A stretch of DNA of 64,000 nt from a virus, in IMG/VR virus record IMGVR_UViG_3300042562_002450, positions 134,627-198,626 of that record; one strand, 5' to 3'. The notes under the pieces are model-generated. The model saw nothing but the letters and a program-made list of their open reading frames with translations, did not search any database and was not told the origin of the DNA. This document shows, in pieces, positions 9,301 through 18,428 of this stretch (its first letter is position 1; every line of letters begins with the position of its first letter). The position numbers and the translations under genes were made by a program.

Positions 9301-11847
9301 CCCTCTGTGAAGCATTAGCTTCCCATTTTCAAAAACAACTTTATGTATCCCCTCTTCTCTAAACTTTCTATTGAAAGCTTTGTCCATATATTTGGCATAT
9401 GATTCGCCTTGTTGTGTTTTAAAATCAACTTCAAAACGGGCAGTATCATACATACCATAGCTGGCAATGTCTCCTAGCCCAAAAGCTTTTGGAAAGCCAC
9501 CAAGAGAAGCCTCTGCTCGTCTTATTGTAGAAACAAGTAAGTCCTGAGCAGTTGAGTGAGTTCTGTTTAAAAGTTTTTCATTATCCACTAATGGACTAAG
9601 CGCACCTAGGTATTTAACATCATTAAGTCTTCTCTTAGAAGCTTGATGCTTAAATACTGAGTAAGCTCCTATAGTCCCTAATCCTGTCAACCCTATCTGA
9701 GTCCATGACATTGGATCTTCATTAGGATCTTCTGGCTTATGAAAGTCCTGTGTTCTAAAACCAGAACCAAATGATGTATTGTATTTCCTTTGATTTTGAG
9801 TCGGGGATCCATGCTGGAGTCCCTCTATTGTATTTGCCTCATCATCACTACCGGAAAATTTAAATAGATTAGTCATTGCACTTCCGAGCATGACTGCACC
9901 GAAAAGCATTGTTCCCATTTTTGCTGTTTTCAATGCTTTAGTCTGAGCATCTGTTATGTCTGGAATCGCTTTATTGCTACGAAGAAAAGTCATTCCCTCA
10001 TCTGAGTTTTTATATTTTAAAAGCTCTTCATCGTATAGTTTTTGTGAATTAGCAATATCATCTGTAAAAATTAGATTTTCTTTATTATATTTAGGATTTA
10101 TTTTCCCTAAGCTTTCTCCTGCTTCAATGTTACCCTTTATCATCTTAGCCATTGACTCTCGATACAAAACAGGTTCTTCAGCCTGTCTCATCTTCAGCCA
10201 ACTATCTGTTGCCTTGCTTAACTCTCCCCCTCCTTCAACTTCCTTCATTGCATTAACAAGCATTTTGGAAAGTCTTCCCTGCTGAAAGTTATCTAAGTTA
10301 CCATCATGCCATTCTTTCTCACCTAAGAATGATCTAGCTAAGAAATTAATATTAGTTCCAACGCCAAAACGACTAGTCTTAGCAATAAGATTTTTCTGCT
10401 GAGCCATTGCATTCAATGTTTTAGATAATTCCTGTATCTCAATAATACTACCCTTAGAATCAAGAGCCTCATTTAATATTTGAGTTGCTCTTATCTTTTG
10501 GTTAGAAACCAATCTATTAAAACCTTCTTCTTCTGTTATCTCTCCTCTTTTAACTTTACCTAATATGCTTTTTCTTTGCATACTTTGTTCTGACCTTAAC
10601 TGCATATATTCTTGTGAGTAACGAACAGGACTTCGACCGTCAAACAGTTCTTCAAAATGATCTATCTCAAAGTTTGCATTCATTGCAAGAATATTCTTTT
10701 TATTTTTCTTTGCATCTTCTAAGAAACCATGAACATATCCTTGTACTGATCTTCTTTTTGCAACTTCGGCAATAACGTTTCCTGCGAAACCTTCTTGAGT
10801 ATTTGAAAGTTGTTTTGAATAATCATTTACTTTTTGGATTTTAGTAAAATCAAAATTCTTTTCCTTATGTAGCTTTCCTATTGCAGTTTGATCATAAAGG
10901 AATGGATGATTTTCTAATTTGAAATTATTAGGTTGCTGCATAAAGATAGAGTGATAATCATTCCCTCTTTTTAGCGAGACTTGAAACATTGAATGCTTAC
11001 TTGACTTTAATGACTTTGTTTCGATATCAACACCATATTGATCATCAAAAGCATTATCAATATCCCCACTGGTAAGTTTTAGGATATCTGAAAAATCACC
11101 TAGTCGAAAAGGAGATCCAAATGCAGTTGCCATCTTTCTCATCTTTCCAAACCAACCATGACCCATACCTTCTATTATTGGCCTAGCTTCTCTTCTCATG
11201 TTCCTAATGAAAGGATTATTGCTTTTGATTCCAGCATGCACAATAGATTGAGATTTAATCTCTTGAAGTCTAGAATAGTCACCTGCGAAATCTGCATGAT
11301 TTAAGGCAGAAAATTTTTGATCTGAGTTGTTAAAAATAGGTAGTGCTTTTTTCTCAATAAAAGACTGAACTCTCTTTACTTTACTTAGATCATTCTGGTA
11401 TTTATCAAAATCATACTTTTGATGAATAGTCTTTTGCATGTAAGGATTATCTTGATTAATATAATGAAGATATCCTTTCTTTATCTTTGAGTTGTGCATT
11501 AAAGCATTGAGCTCTGATTGGTCTACGGACTTAGCTTTATTCATTATTATATTTTCAAAATCAGCAGCAGATACAGCTTTAACCTTTCCTATGCCGTCTT
11601 TTGAAACTTCATCAATAAAACCAAATTCTCCACCATTCGTATTCTTTATCTTTACATCATTTTTTATAATATCCTTTTCAGATATCCTTTTCTTTTTTAC
11701 TATTTCTTTCAATGTATCATTTGATCTTTTTTGCAGACGTTGAATAGTATCAGGGGTATTTTTTTGAATAAAAGACTTTAATAGATCCTCATGGGTCTTT
11801 CCAAAGTCAGAAGCCTTAACTGGGAGATGTTTTCTTTTATTATCCAT
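6364..11847 (-). CDS. Tape-measure-like large virion protein with a DEDDh exonuclease-like domain
   Basis: 1827 aa, directly after chaperone-like and tube genes; Gly/Ala-rich hydrophobic segments; DIET...AMNANFE...HDGNLD motifs. Confidence 0.65.
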   Translation of the reverse strand: MDNKRKHLPVKASDFGKTHEDLLKSFIQKNTPDTIQRLQKRSNDTLKEIVKKKRISEKDIIKNDVKIKNTNGGEFGFIDEVSKDGIGKVKAVSAADFENIIMNKAKSVDQSELNALMHNSKIKKGYLHYINQDNPYMQKTIHQKYDFDKYQNDLSKVKRVQSFIEKKALPIFNNSDQKFSALNHADFAGDYSRLQEIKSQSIVHAGIKSNNPFIRNMRREARPIIEGMGHGWFGKMRKMATAFGSPFRLGDFSDILKLTSGDIDNAFDDQYGVDIETKSLKSSKHSMFQVSLKRGNDYHSIFMQQPNNFKLENHPFLYDQTAIGKLHKEKNFDFTKIQKVNDYSKQLSNTQEGFAGNVIAEVAKRRSVQGYVHGFLEDAKKNKKNILAMNANFEIDHFEELFDGRSPVRYSQEYMQLRSEQSMQRKSILGKVKRGEITEEEGFNRLVSNQKIRATQILNEALDSKGSIIEIQELSKTLNAMAQQKNLIAKTSRFGVGTNINFLARSFLGEKEWHDGNLDNFQQGRLSKMLVNAMKEVEGGGELSKATDSWLKMRQAEEPVLYRESMAKMIKGNIEAGESLGKINPKYNKENLIFTDDIANSQKLYDEELLKYKNSDEGMTFLRSNKAIPDITDAQTKALKTAKMGTMLFGAVMLGSAMTNLFKFSGSDDEANTIEGLQHGSPTQNQRKYNTSFGSGFRTQDFHKPEDPNEDPMSWTQIGLTGLGTIGAYSVFKHQASKRRLNDVKYLGALSPLVDNEKLLNRTHSTAQDLLVSTIRRAEASLGGFPKAFGLGDIASYGMYDTARFEVDFKTQQGESYAKYMDKAFNRKFREEGIHKVVFENGKLMLHRGNVVEEMKGSFSLMKTVTDNNQSKSMASIARSHLSQLGLKNVQQMSKFDFLITNGVDHFASAFIHETVSKPMKLMSDPFEALTDVIPELDDYFTPWMKKTLGPDGFIAKFFNTGLDGNELATNWQGMLKSHGGKLAGVGALAYFGLGTLNWGAEKIAPDGTPIGDAGLLGGAAYSVRKAHETYARLSDITGLTGFRDYIESKAPGSEGWQSTIGLTLAGGMAGGLWGSVQGLALESSATDKYGQFLKNAEKTESFDGILGKIFKKNVTKTGKAIRTGGAIGFALALPFTLAGFGADKSASELGLEYSGEKEVAVKKGRFWESSFTPWEGSEVDYYRPNWYAKLIDDSKNEELYGGNISPFTKLGRSIYDPFWLEKNRYFDQPYPLTGPDGSMLGIFGPAYEASLGRIIKPVATMHESELPEGFLDNTEYDIDALARKQWNSALEFMGLRGFAVKAIKETITGSSEIFSDPNEVRSAKDIDSITRDFYDLQLGGGILTTEALRRVFQNQDGFQKAQMDATINLNPLKNMMPSWMPGSDFYQDFQHGDPFLKVKDGYSRLPGEGFAQKYEELKGMDPNDYPDIFKYKILSDVAYGSMEHRNIKGKLQNRELTQYEQDIFDDVQRQVDEKKKSELNARDPSTYDSFLGRYSAVLTDLARSNPLETLLPVSPAHKFLAPPDIEDVLEEQRYSKDYRNWANPIDDFIMPTVSMTLNSMGLGGIDMSSDQAEIADYFDKTDYMKFTNLARDAQSKGDLKSADRYTIMAQKTYTGKDLYSHPSDVVRSLPKNERASYKYFIKTDRATQVKMIGRVNPRHRDAYQAQMDNQIRQEAMKSQSMSNQQRKKVMKDVEARQRAIQARRSAELQDYQSRMPGNDWVGWSPAVSVDSAQNRYLENAARDTHAYTGRRSAREGDLSQVAAATVNIPASSSSDYASHYSSLSASGVENALVVMRPGLDNSPDLDITLDRRSERNDALREWGYVV

Positions 11848-11863
11848 TGCCTCATTCTATCAT

Positions 11864-11878
11864 TTATAAATAATAGCA
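11864..11878 (-). promoter_or_regulatory. Candidate late promoter (TGCTATTATTTATAA)
   Basis: The TTTATAA core ends 17 nt upstream of ATG 11847, similar in sequence and spacing to the sites at 35698 and 40598. Confidence 0.45.
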
Positions 11879-11911
11879 TCATCTAGTAAAAATACTAAAC
11901 CGAGCTACAAA

Positions 11912-12496
11912 TCATATAAGTGTTTGATTTTCTTTACTAAAGTCAATGTACTCTTGGCCATCTGCTCCTTTCTTCATTGCTGGAGCTCTAGCTTTATCAA
12001 CCTTATTAGCTTTGGGATTTGAAACAAAATCAAAGGTAGTTCCAAGTATCTTTTCTGCTTGAACTAGTCTTCTCATCTGTGTCTTCCATTCCATATCCTC
12101 AACTTCCTCTGGGGTGTATGCAGGGAATGCCTGACAGATTTTAACTATAATTTCATCTCTGAGATTCATTGAGCTATCTCGTACTGAACTCAATTCTTCT
12201 TGGATTTCTTTTTCTGATGTTGGATTAGAGAATCCTAGGATTAAACGAACTATAGTAGATACAACACCAGCATTAAGAGTATTAATTGTTCCTCTTAATG
12301 TATGCTCTACTACACATTCTTCCCATATGTTATCTTCAACAATAGGGGCTAGAGCTGGATATGCTTGGCATATTCTTTTGGCAGTTTCACATTTAGAATA
12401 ACTTAATGGCTTAAATAAAACTGAACCTTTACCTGTATTAAACAGATAAAGGTTCTTATACTTTCCATATAATTCAAATGCATTGCCATTATTCAT
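11912..12496 (-). CDS. Tail assembly chaperone-like protein 2
   Basis: Lies between tube genes and tape measure; VLFKPLS motif parallels FLFRPLK of the upstream gene. Confidence 0.5.
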   Translation of the reverse strand: MNNGNAFELYGKYKNLYLFNTGKGSVLFKPLSYSKCETAKRICQAYPALAPIVEDNIWEECVVEHTLRGTINTLNAGVVSTIVRLILGFSNPTSEKEIQEELSSVRDSSMNLRDEIIVKICQAFPAYTPEEVEDMEWKTQMRRLVQAEKILGTTFDFVSNPKANKVDKARAPAMKKGADGQEYIDFSKENQTLI

Positions 12497-12499
12497 TTT

Positions 12500-13063
12500 C
12501 TATAGTTTTCTAACTAGAGTTACGGCTCTTTCTGGCTCCATGAAATTAGATGCTTGAAGGATTAAATTTCTGATTGCTTCTGGAGCTCCAGCAGTTAATA
12601 CATTAATATTAGCTTGATTTAGCAATGGCCAAACGACACCAGCCATCACAATACCTTCTGTTCTTTGCTGCTCAGATAGTTTTGATTTTTCAAATCTTTG
12701 CATAAGCTCACGCCATTCTTGACGTTTCAGAGGTCTGAAAAGAAAGTTTTCTTTTTCACTTAAAGAGCAAAGGTATATTTCTCCATGCTTACCTTTAAGT
12801 GTTTCTATTTCAGTTTCAGAAGGACGACGTTCAAGACTTTTAAATGTTTGAATTACAAAGTCTGAATTACTTTTTTTCTTTAGAAGTTCTTCTAGTTGTT
12901 TTTCTTCTTCTATGGAAAGAAGGTATGACACATCATCAATATCTACTGGGATATCCTTATCTAGGGATTCAAGATCCATAGCAAAAACATCATCTAAATT
13001 AGGCTCTTGTTCTTCTGTATTGTAAAAACTATCATCAACTTCAGTTTTAACTTGGTCAGTCAT
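12500..13063 (-). CDS. Tail assembly chaperone-like protein 1
   Basis: Position; acidic N-terminus; HGEIYL...FLFRPLKRQEW...VVWP pattern typical of myophage tail chaperones. Confidence 0.55.
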   Translation of the reverse strand: MTDQVKTEVDDSFYNTEEQEPNLDDVFAMDLESLDKDIPVDIDDVSYLLSIEEEKQLEELLKKKSNSDFVIQTFKSLERRPSETEIETLKGKHGEIYLCSLSEKENFLFRPLKRQEWRELMQRFEKSKLSEQQRTEGIVMAGVVWPLLNQANINVLTAGAPEAIRNLILQASNFMEPERAVTLVRKL

Positions 13064-13095
13064 GTCATCTCCAATTCTTTTATTTGATGACTAAA

Positions 13096-13782
13096 CTATA
13101 TAAGGTTTTTAGCAAAAAAGCTATAGCTTTCTTTTAGGGCTTCTCCATTAGCGGATATGAGTCTACCTCTACCAACAAGTTTAACATCAATGATCTGTTC
13201 TCCTATTGTGTCTTCATTGATTACAGATCCGTAACCTATCTTAATGTTAAATGTAGGTATCGCAAATGGATCATATGCTCCACTCTGATCACTCGTTACT
13301 GTAGAGTTTGGAAGAAGAGAATCCAATCTTCCTTTTATAGTCTGCCCTTTTCCATCTGAGTCATTTTTCTTTTTATTGAAAAAATCCTCCAACATTTGTC
13401 TCTTTGTAATTGCATCATTGTAACTAGAATCAAAATCGTATGGACCGATTGGGGTTTTTATTGGTTGACCATCTTTATCTAAGCCTTCTTTGAATCTTTT
13501 TGCTTCAAGGAAAGGATATGATCCTTCATTTTTTTTTCTATAATGTTCGAGTATAGCAAAAAGATAATTTGGTTCTCTGAAATTAATTGTAAAACTTCCC
13601 TGTACCATTATTCGACCTTGCGCTGCATGACTCCAGAAGGTATCTCCGTAACCATATATAGGCATTGAGTTAGAACCAACAGAGCATTGCCAATCAACAA
13701 TATCATCTACCCATAATTCTCCAATAAAAATTGAAGCTTGTGATCCTGAAAAATATTCAGTATTTAATTCTGTACGTGCCAT
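13096..13782 (-). CDS. Tail tube-fold protein (baseplate-proximal tube/hub paralog)
   Basis: YFSGSQ...PIYGYG...GRIMVQGSFTINF parallels the tube protein FSGAD...AIYTMG...GKRMIAGSLIF. Confidence 0.6.
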   Translation of the reverse strand: MARTELNTEYFSGSQASIFIGELWVDDIVDWQCSVGSNSMPIYGYGDTFWSHAAQGRIMVQGSFTINFREPNYLFAILEHYRKKNEGSYPFLEAKRFKEGLDKDGQPIKTPIGPYDFDSSYNDAITKRQMLEDFFNKKKNDSDGKGQTIKGRLDSLLPNSTVTSDQSGAYDPFAIPTFNIKIGYGSVINEDTIGEQIIDVKLVGRGRLISANGEALKESYSFFAKNLI

Positions 13783-14930
13783 TAGAATAGTCCTCTGCTT
13801 CGCTGTAGCATATCATTAACACTATGATTTTCTTTACCCTGATTTCCTGTAATTAAATCCCTTAGTGTTGTTGTCTGATTTCCATTGTAAAACTTTAAAC
13901 TCTTACCTGCAATAATAGTAGGATGAAGCATCGAAAGACTTGTTTCAAAAAGGTTACCAGCATTCTCAATTGTCATAATATCTTCAGCATAGAACGTAAC
14001 ATTGTTCATTAGGGCTAAGTCATTCGCTGATGATTGCTGAGCTTCAGTTGAAATAGTGACACCAAACATGTGCATAAGAGAAGCTCCACCATATTCATTA
14101 ATCATTATTAGCATTAGATTGAATTTTGGCAATTGATCAAGTAATACAATCTCATTAGCAGTAGTACGATTACCATCACTATCGACTCTGTATCTTAAGA
14201 AATCCATAAGTTCATGTGACTGAAAAACGGCAAAGTTCATCGACCCAGCAATCGTACGTTGCCCTCTAGTGTAATCTTTAGCACTAACTCTACCTAGACT
14301 TCTTACTGCAGTCTTTTCTCTATAAGATGAATAGTTGAAAGAGTACAAAGATCCAAGTTCAATAATTGGCTTATCGGTAAGATCGCCTTTCTTTCCATCT
14401 ACTGTTTTTCTTTCTTTATTTTTATTCTTTATATTTTGTTTTTGAATTTGAAAATCTCTAATTGAAGCTAAAGCAGCTTTGGATCCTCCATTCCTAATTA
14501 CATCTATAAAACCAGGATTAACTTTATTTGTTTGAACATTGTCATAATTAAGTTTTGGATTGCCTCTTGTCATATTCGCTACATTTGAAGAGTCTCCATA
14601 TTCGTCTTCAATATCTTCTTGTGTTTTATCGGAACTAATAGTTTCATTTGGTCTTCCATCTTTGAATTCAACAGTAATTTTACCTAGTTCTTTTATGCTT
14701 ACTCTACCAGATGCTATCTGCTCAATTCCGTCAGCTATTAATTTATCTGTTTCTTCTAAAGATATACTGTCAAACTGTTCCTCTCCTGGAGCAAGATTTG
14801 ATTTCATTCTGACTTCATTGCCATCTACGATTTCTCTATGGCTAACTTTTTTAAAATCATTAATATGTCTATATGCATAAACCTTAATATCTGAACCTGA
14901 GAATGTTGTATTGTTTTCAAGATAAATCAT
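13782..14930 (-). CDS. Tail tube-fold protein with insertion
   Basis: TFSGSDIKV and SYREKTAVRSLG...RGQRTIAGSMNF are homologous to 15012..15593. Confidence 0.65.
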   Translation of the reverse strand: MIYLENNTTFSGSDIKVYAYRHINDFKKVSHREIVDGNEVRMKSNLAPGEEQFDSISLEETDKLIADGIEQIASGRVSIKELGKITVEFKDGRPNETISSDKTQEDIEDEYGDSSNVANMTRGNPKLNYDNVQTNKVNPGFIDVIRNGGSKAALASIRDFQIQKQNIKNKNKERKTVDGKKGDLTDKPIIELGSLYSFNYSSYREKTAVRSLGRVSAKDYTRGQRTIAGSMNFAVFQSHELMDFLRYRVDSDGNRTTANEIVLLDQLPKFNLMLIMINEYGGASLMHMFGVTISTEAQQSSANDLALMNNVTFYAEDIMTIENAGNLFETSLSMLHPTIIAGKSLKFYNGNQTTTLRDLITGNQGKENHSVNDMLQRSRGLF

Positions 14931-14943
14931 TAGATTCCTGATA

Positions 14944-14976
14944 TAAAAATAAAGGGGAGAGTAAAAACTCTCCCCC
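14944..14976 (-). terminator. Rho-independent terminator after tail tube gene
   Basis: GGGGAGAGT/ACTCTCCCC stem (14954-14975) followed by a T-rich tract on the minus strand. Confidence 0.8.
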
Positions 14977-15011
14977 TATTGTAAACTAACTTTTTTCGAG
15001 CATCAATGAAA

Positions 15012-15593
15012 TTATCGAGGTACTACGCCAGCAATCTTCGAAGAAGATTTCCATGGAGTAATGCCAGTTGCAATAAATGTATATTGCTGCTCCACAACAA
15101 TGTCATCAATTGAAAAGCCAGAATTTTCATTCATAAGCTCAACACCTGAAACTGTCATAGAAGCTCTAGCACCGTATTCGTTAACTGCAGAAATAACAAC
15201 ATCGAACGGAGGGATCTGATCCACGTACGTTGGAGTTGCTAACTGATGTGACTCAAAGCCTTCATCGTCAAGATCAACGTCTGCATTTGCTCCATTTCCA
15301 AATCTTGACTCAAATCCGACTTCTTCAGTATCAGCAAGGAACTGAGCCTTACTGAAATGTGAAAGAACTGGATTTGCATCAAAAAGGATAAAAATTAATG
15401 ATCCTGCGATCATTCTTTTTCCTCTTGAAAAAGATCTTGGATTTGCGCTTCCCATTGTATAGATTGCAGCTTTCTCTCTCTGGATAGAGTAAGAGAAGGC
15501 TTGAATCGTACCAATTGTTTGGCCAGCGAAAACAGCAGTAATATCTGCACCTGAAAAACTATTGAACGTTCTGTTTATTTGTTCTGTAGCCAT
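15012..15593 (-). CDS. Major tail tube protein
   Basis: 193 aa directly after the sheath gene and followed by a terminator. Confidence 0.8.
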   Translation of the reverse strand: MATEQINRTFNSFSGADITAVFAGQTIGTIQAFSYSIQREKAAIYTMGSANPRSFSRGKRMIAGSLIFILFDANPVLSHFSKAQFLADTEEVGFESRFGNGANADVDLDDEGFESHQLATPTYVDQIPPFDVVISAVNEYGARASMTVSGVELMNENSGFSIDDIVVEQQYTFIATGITPWKSSSKIAGVVPR

Positions 15594-15605
15594 TGTGTTT
15601 TCTCC

Positions 15606-17699
15606 TTATTCTCTTGCTAATGAAGTATAGACTCGGATCTTCTTCATCTCAAATGGAGGAACAACAATAAGTTCAACATCACAATCGCCTTCAATTCTCT
15701 GTTTAGTTGTAGCTGAAACAGAAATTTCAAAACGTTGCATCAAGTTGTTCTTTTGCTCAAGAGAAAGTCTTTGTCTTAAGTTTGTCTCAAGAGAAAGTCT
15801 TGCTGAGCTGCTGTTTGGCTCACCGATATAAGGCTGAGCTACTTCTCTCACAATGTCGATGATTCTATCAAGAACACGAACCGTAGATAGTCTGACAAAG
15901 TCAGAACCAGGTCTAGCAGCAGTAGGAGCATCAGAAATTCTGAAAACTCTATTCTTCTGTTTTAATCCTACGTAGTGATACTTAGAAAGAGAATCAAGTT
16001 TGATCTTAGGTAGTTTTACCAAAGAGTCAGCACCTGAAGCTACTTTATTAGTAGGAGCACTTTGAGGGATTAAAGATGAAATCATACCAGCATAGTAAGT
16101 AGCACCATTTGAAACATAACCAAATCCAGTTTCATCAACTGGGTTTATAAATGTTTGTGGGTAGCAATATACAGAAAGGAATCGACCAATATCAATTGGC
16201 TTCCCGCCTCTATCTTTCAGTACGGCATTAGAACTTACACCAGAAGCTCCAGGTATAATACCTGAGTCTGTAGCATAGAATCCAGGCTTATAGTTTAGTT
16301 TCCCAACCATATGCTTGTTTCCAAGTAATCCTGTACCATTCTGAACAATCTCGCCCTCAGTATCAAGTACTGGTTCTTTACCAACCCAAAGAGAAATATC
16401 CTTGGTTGACATAGAAGCTGGAAGAGAAGTTCCGATAACACCTGTAACATTGTACTCATTAGCTGAAGTAACAAAACAAGCATTTGCTAATTGATAAGCG
16501 AAGTTTACTTCTTTAAAGTCTGCAGCAGTTAAAATCTCTCCAGATATTTTAGTAGTAGCAGAAGCAGAACCTACGCTTGGGTAGATATCAGCAGAACCAT
16601 TACCATTAATGTCCCAGAAGTAGAAATTTTCACCTTCGAACTCTTCTTTGAAAAGCTTACCAAGAGCGTCGCCCTTAGAACCAGCTACTGGATATCTCTG
16701 ACCAGCAGGGATACTTTCATCAGAAGAAAGAATACAGATATCTCCATTAACTACGTTAGCTGCATCAAGTGTAGCTCCCATAGGTAGAAGTTGCTTAAAC
16801 TCTTCAGTTTCAATAACTGAATAGGCTTTCTCAAGAGCTTCGTAAAGCTCCATTCCAGAAAGATTGATACCATCAGAACCATTACGTAAGTTATGGCTTG
16901 TGTCAGAATCATAAGCAAATTCAACTACAACTTCTTTATCGTCAGCATCAGCAGGGACATCAAAAGCAACAACAGCGCCAACTACAGAGTAGCTGTCTTT
17001 TGAAACTTCAGAACCATCCAAGGAAACTTTAACTGAACCAGAATTTGCAACTTGAGATAAAGTGAAAGAAGCAGGAGCAGGATCTACAGCAGCAAAAGTA
17101 TCAATAACAGAAACTTGATCCATAGCAATGTTTCCTAAAGAAACAAAACTATCTGGATTGTTTACTGTACCAATATTAGCACCACCAGTAAAATCACCTG
17201 ATACCATTACTTCTCCAAGGTCGAGCGGTTGCCCACCTGGATTGTTGTCAAATACCATTTGACCAACAGCATTCTGAACTTGAATGCGACCAATCTCTTG
17301 GTTAGGTCCACGAGTGATTGGATTTATGTATCTAACAAAATAGACGTTCGCAGCATCTTTATCTTTTAAAAGAGTTTCGATAGATGTTGGGTTTGATACC
17401 ATATCATCAGTTCCTACTCCATAAAGGATGGCAGACTTTGCGCCGATTCTCATTTGGTAGATATTAGTAGCTCCACCAGCACCAGCTTCATACATACCTC
17501 TGGTAAGGGTACCTTTGATTCCAAATCTAGCTTCGGCTTCTTGGGCCTTGCGAGCTTGAATTGGCTTCTCAGAAACACCCTTCTCAGCTGTACCAAGAAT
17601 CAAGATTGAAGGATCAGTATTGTTTACAACAATCTTGAACGCACCATCTTGAATTTCACTGATAATTGCTGGGAGATTTTCATATCTGTCAATAGCCAT
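15606..17699 (-). CDS. Tail sheath protein
   Basis: 697 aa; C-terminal LSTVRVLDRIIDIVREVAQPYIGEPN...LIVVPPFEMKKIRV matches the contractile sheath C-domain pattern. Confidence 0.9.
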   Translation of the reverse strand: MAIDRYENLPAIISEIQDGAFKIVVNNTDPSILILGTAEKGVSEKPIQARKAQEAEARFGIKGTLTRGMYEAGAGGATNIYQMRIGAKSAILYGVGTDDMVSNPTSIETLLKDKDAANVYFVRYINPITRGPNQEIGRIQVQNAVGQMVFDNNPGGQPLDLGEVMVSGDFTGGANIGTVNNPDSFVSLGNIAMDQVSVIDTFAAVDPAPASFTLSQVANSGSVKVSLDGSEVSKDSYSVVGAVVAFDVPADADDKEVVVEFAYDSDTSHNLRNGSDGINLSGMELYEALEKAYSVIETEEFKQLLPMGATLDAANVVNGDICILSSDESIPAGQRYPVAGSKGDALGKLFKEEFEGENFYFWDINGNGSADIYPSVGSASATTKISGEILTAADFKEVNFAYQLANACFVTSANEYNVTGVIGTSLPASMSTKDISLWVGKEPVLDTEGEIVQNGTGLLGNKHMVGKLNYKPGFYATDSGIIPGASGVSSNAVLKDRGGKPIDIGRFLSVYCYPQTFINPVDETGFGYVSNGATYYAGMISSLIPQSAPTNKVASGADSLVKLPKIKLDSLSKYHYVGLKQKNRVFRISDAPTAARPGSDFVRLSTVRVLDRIIDIVREVAQPYIGEPNSSSARLSLETNLRQRLSLEQKNNLMQRFEISVSATTKQRIEGDCDVELIVVPPFEMKKIRVYTSLARE

Positions 17700-17709
17700 G
17701 TAAAACTCC

Positions 17710-18426
17710 TTATGTCGTTTTTAAGTTTAGCTTAATCTTTTGTAAAACTTGTTCAGTCGTTATCGATACTTCTTCTGTAGTAAGATAATACATTAACGGC
17801 CTAACATGGATAACGCTATCGCCTTCCTTGACAACACTATCCGATTCTCTCTCTATGAAATAATATCTGATTATACCCTTTAAGGCAAAAAACTTCTTGT
17901 GTACACTCAATAAATTTTGAAACCAAGTAGCAACTTGATTGGCTTCCTTATTGCTTCTAGCGTGAATTGTAAAGCATATTTGATTATCATATAATTGTCC
18001 AAAATAATAGATCCATGTAGACCTATCTTCTTCATCTGCTTTTTGAATTGACCTAAGTGAAGGTCGGATTTCTCTAGTCCCTGCATTTGTCATTGGACTA
18101 TTAGTCTGACTAAAAGACCCTGGCTTTTGACCTCTGACACTGCAAGTCACAACTGCGAGAACTTCTGTCTTTGGATTCTTTGGATCTTCAAAAATATTAT
18201 TCTTTGAAAAATCATCAATAAGGATTACTTTGTGGGTCTTCCCTTCTTGATGAATATCCATTAATTGCCTAGTAAGTGTAAGAAAATTATCCAGAGAACA
18301 GTGCACCGGGTTATACTCAACACCAGAGTACTTTGATTCGATATAATCTTCTTTGATTAAAGTATCAAGATACTCAAGACTAAAGTCGGAGTCTACATTA
18401 ACTTCAATATCTTGATTGTGACTCAT
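17710..18426 (-). CDS. Probable tail completion/terminator protein
   Basis: Size and position immediately upstream of the sheath. Confidence 0.45.
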   Translation of the reverse strand: MSHNQDIEVNVDSDFSLEYLDTLIKEDYIESKYSGVEYNPVHCSLDNFLTLTRQLMDIHQEGKTHKVILIDDFSKNNIFEDPKNPKTEVLAVVTCSVRGQKPGSFSQTNSPMTNAGTREIRPSLRSIQKADEEDRSTWIYYFGQLYDNQICFTIHARSNKEANQVATWFQNLLSVHKKFFALKGIIRYYFIERESDSVVKEGDSVIHVRPLMYYLTTEEVSITTEQVLQKIKLNLKTT

Positions 18427-18428
18427 AG

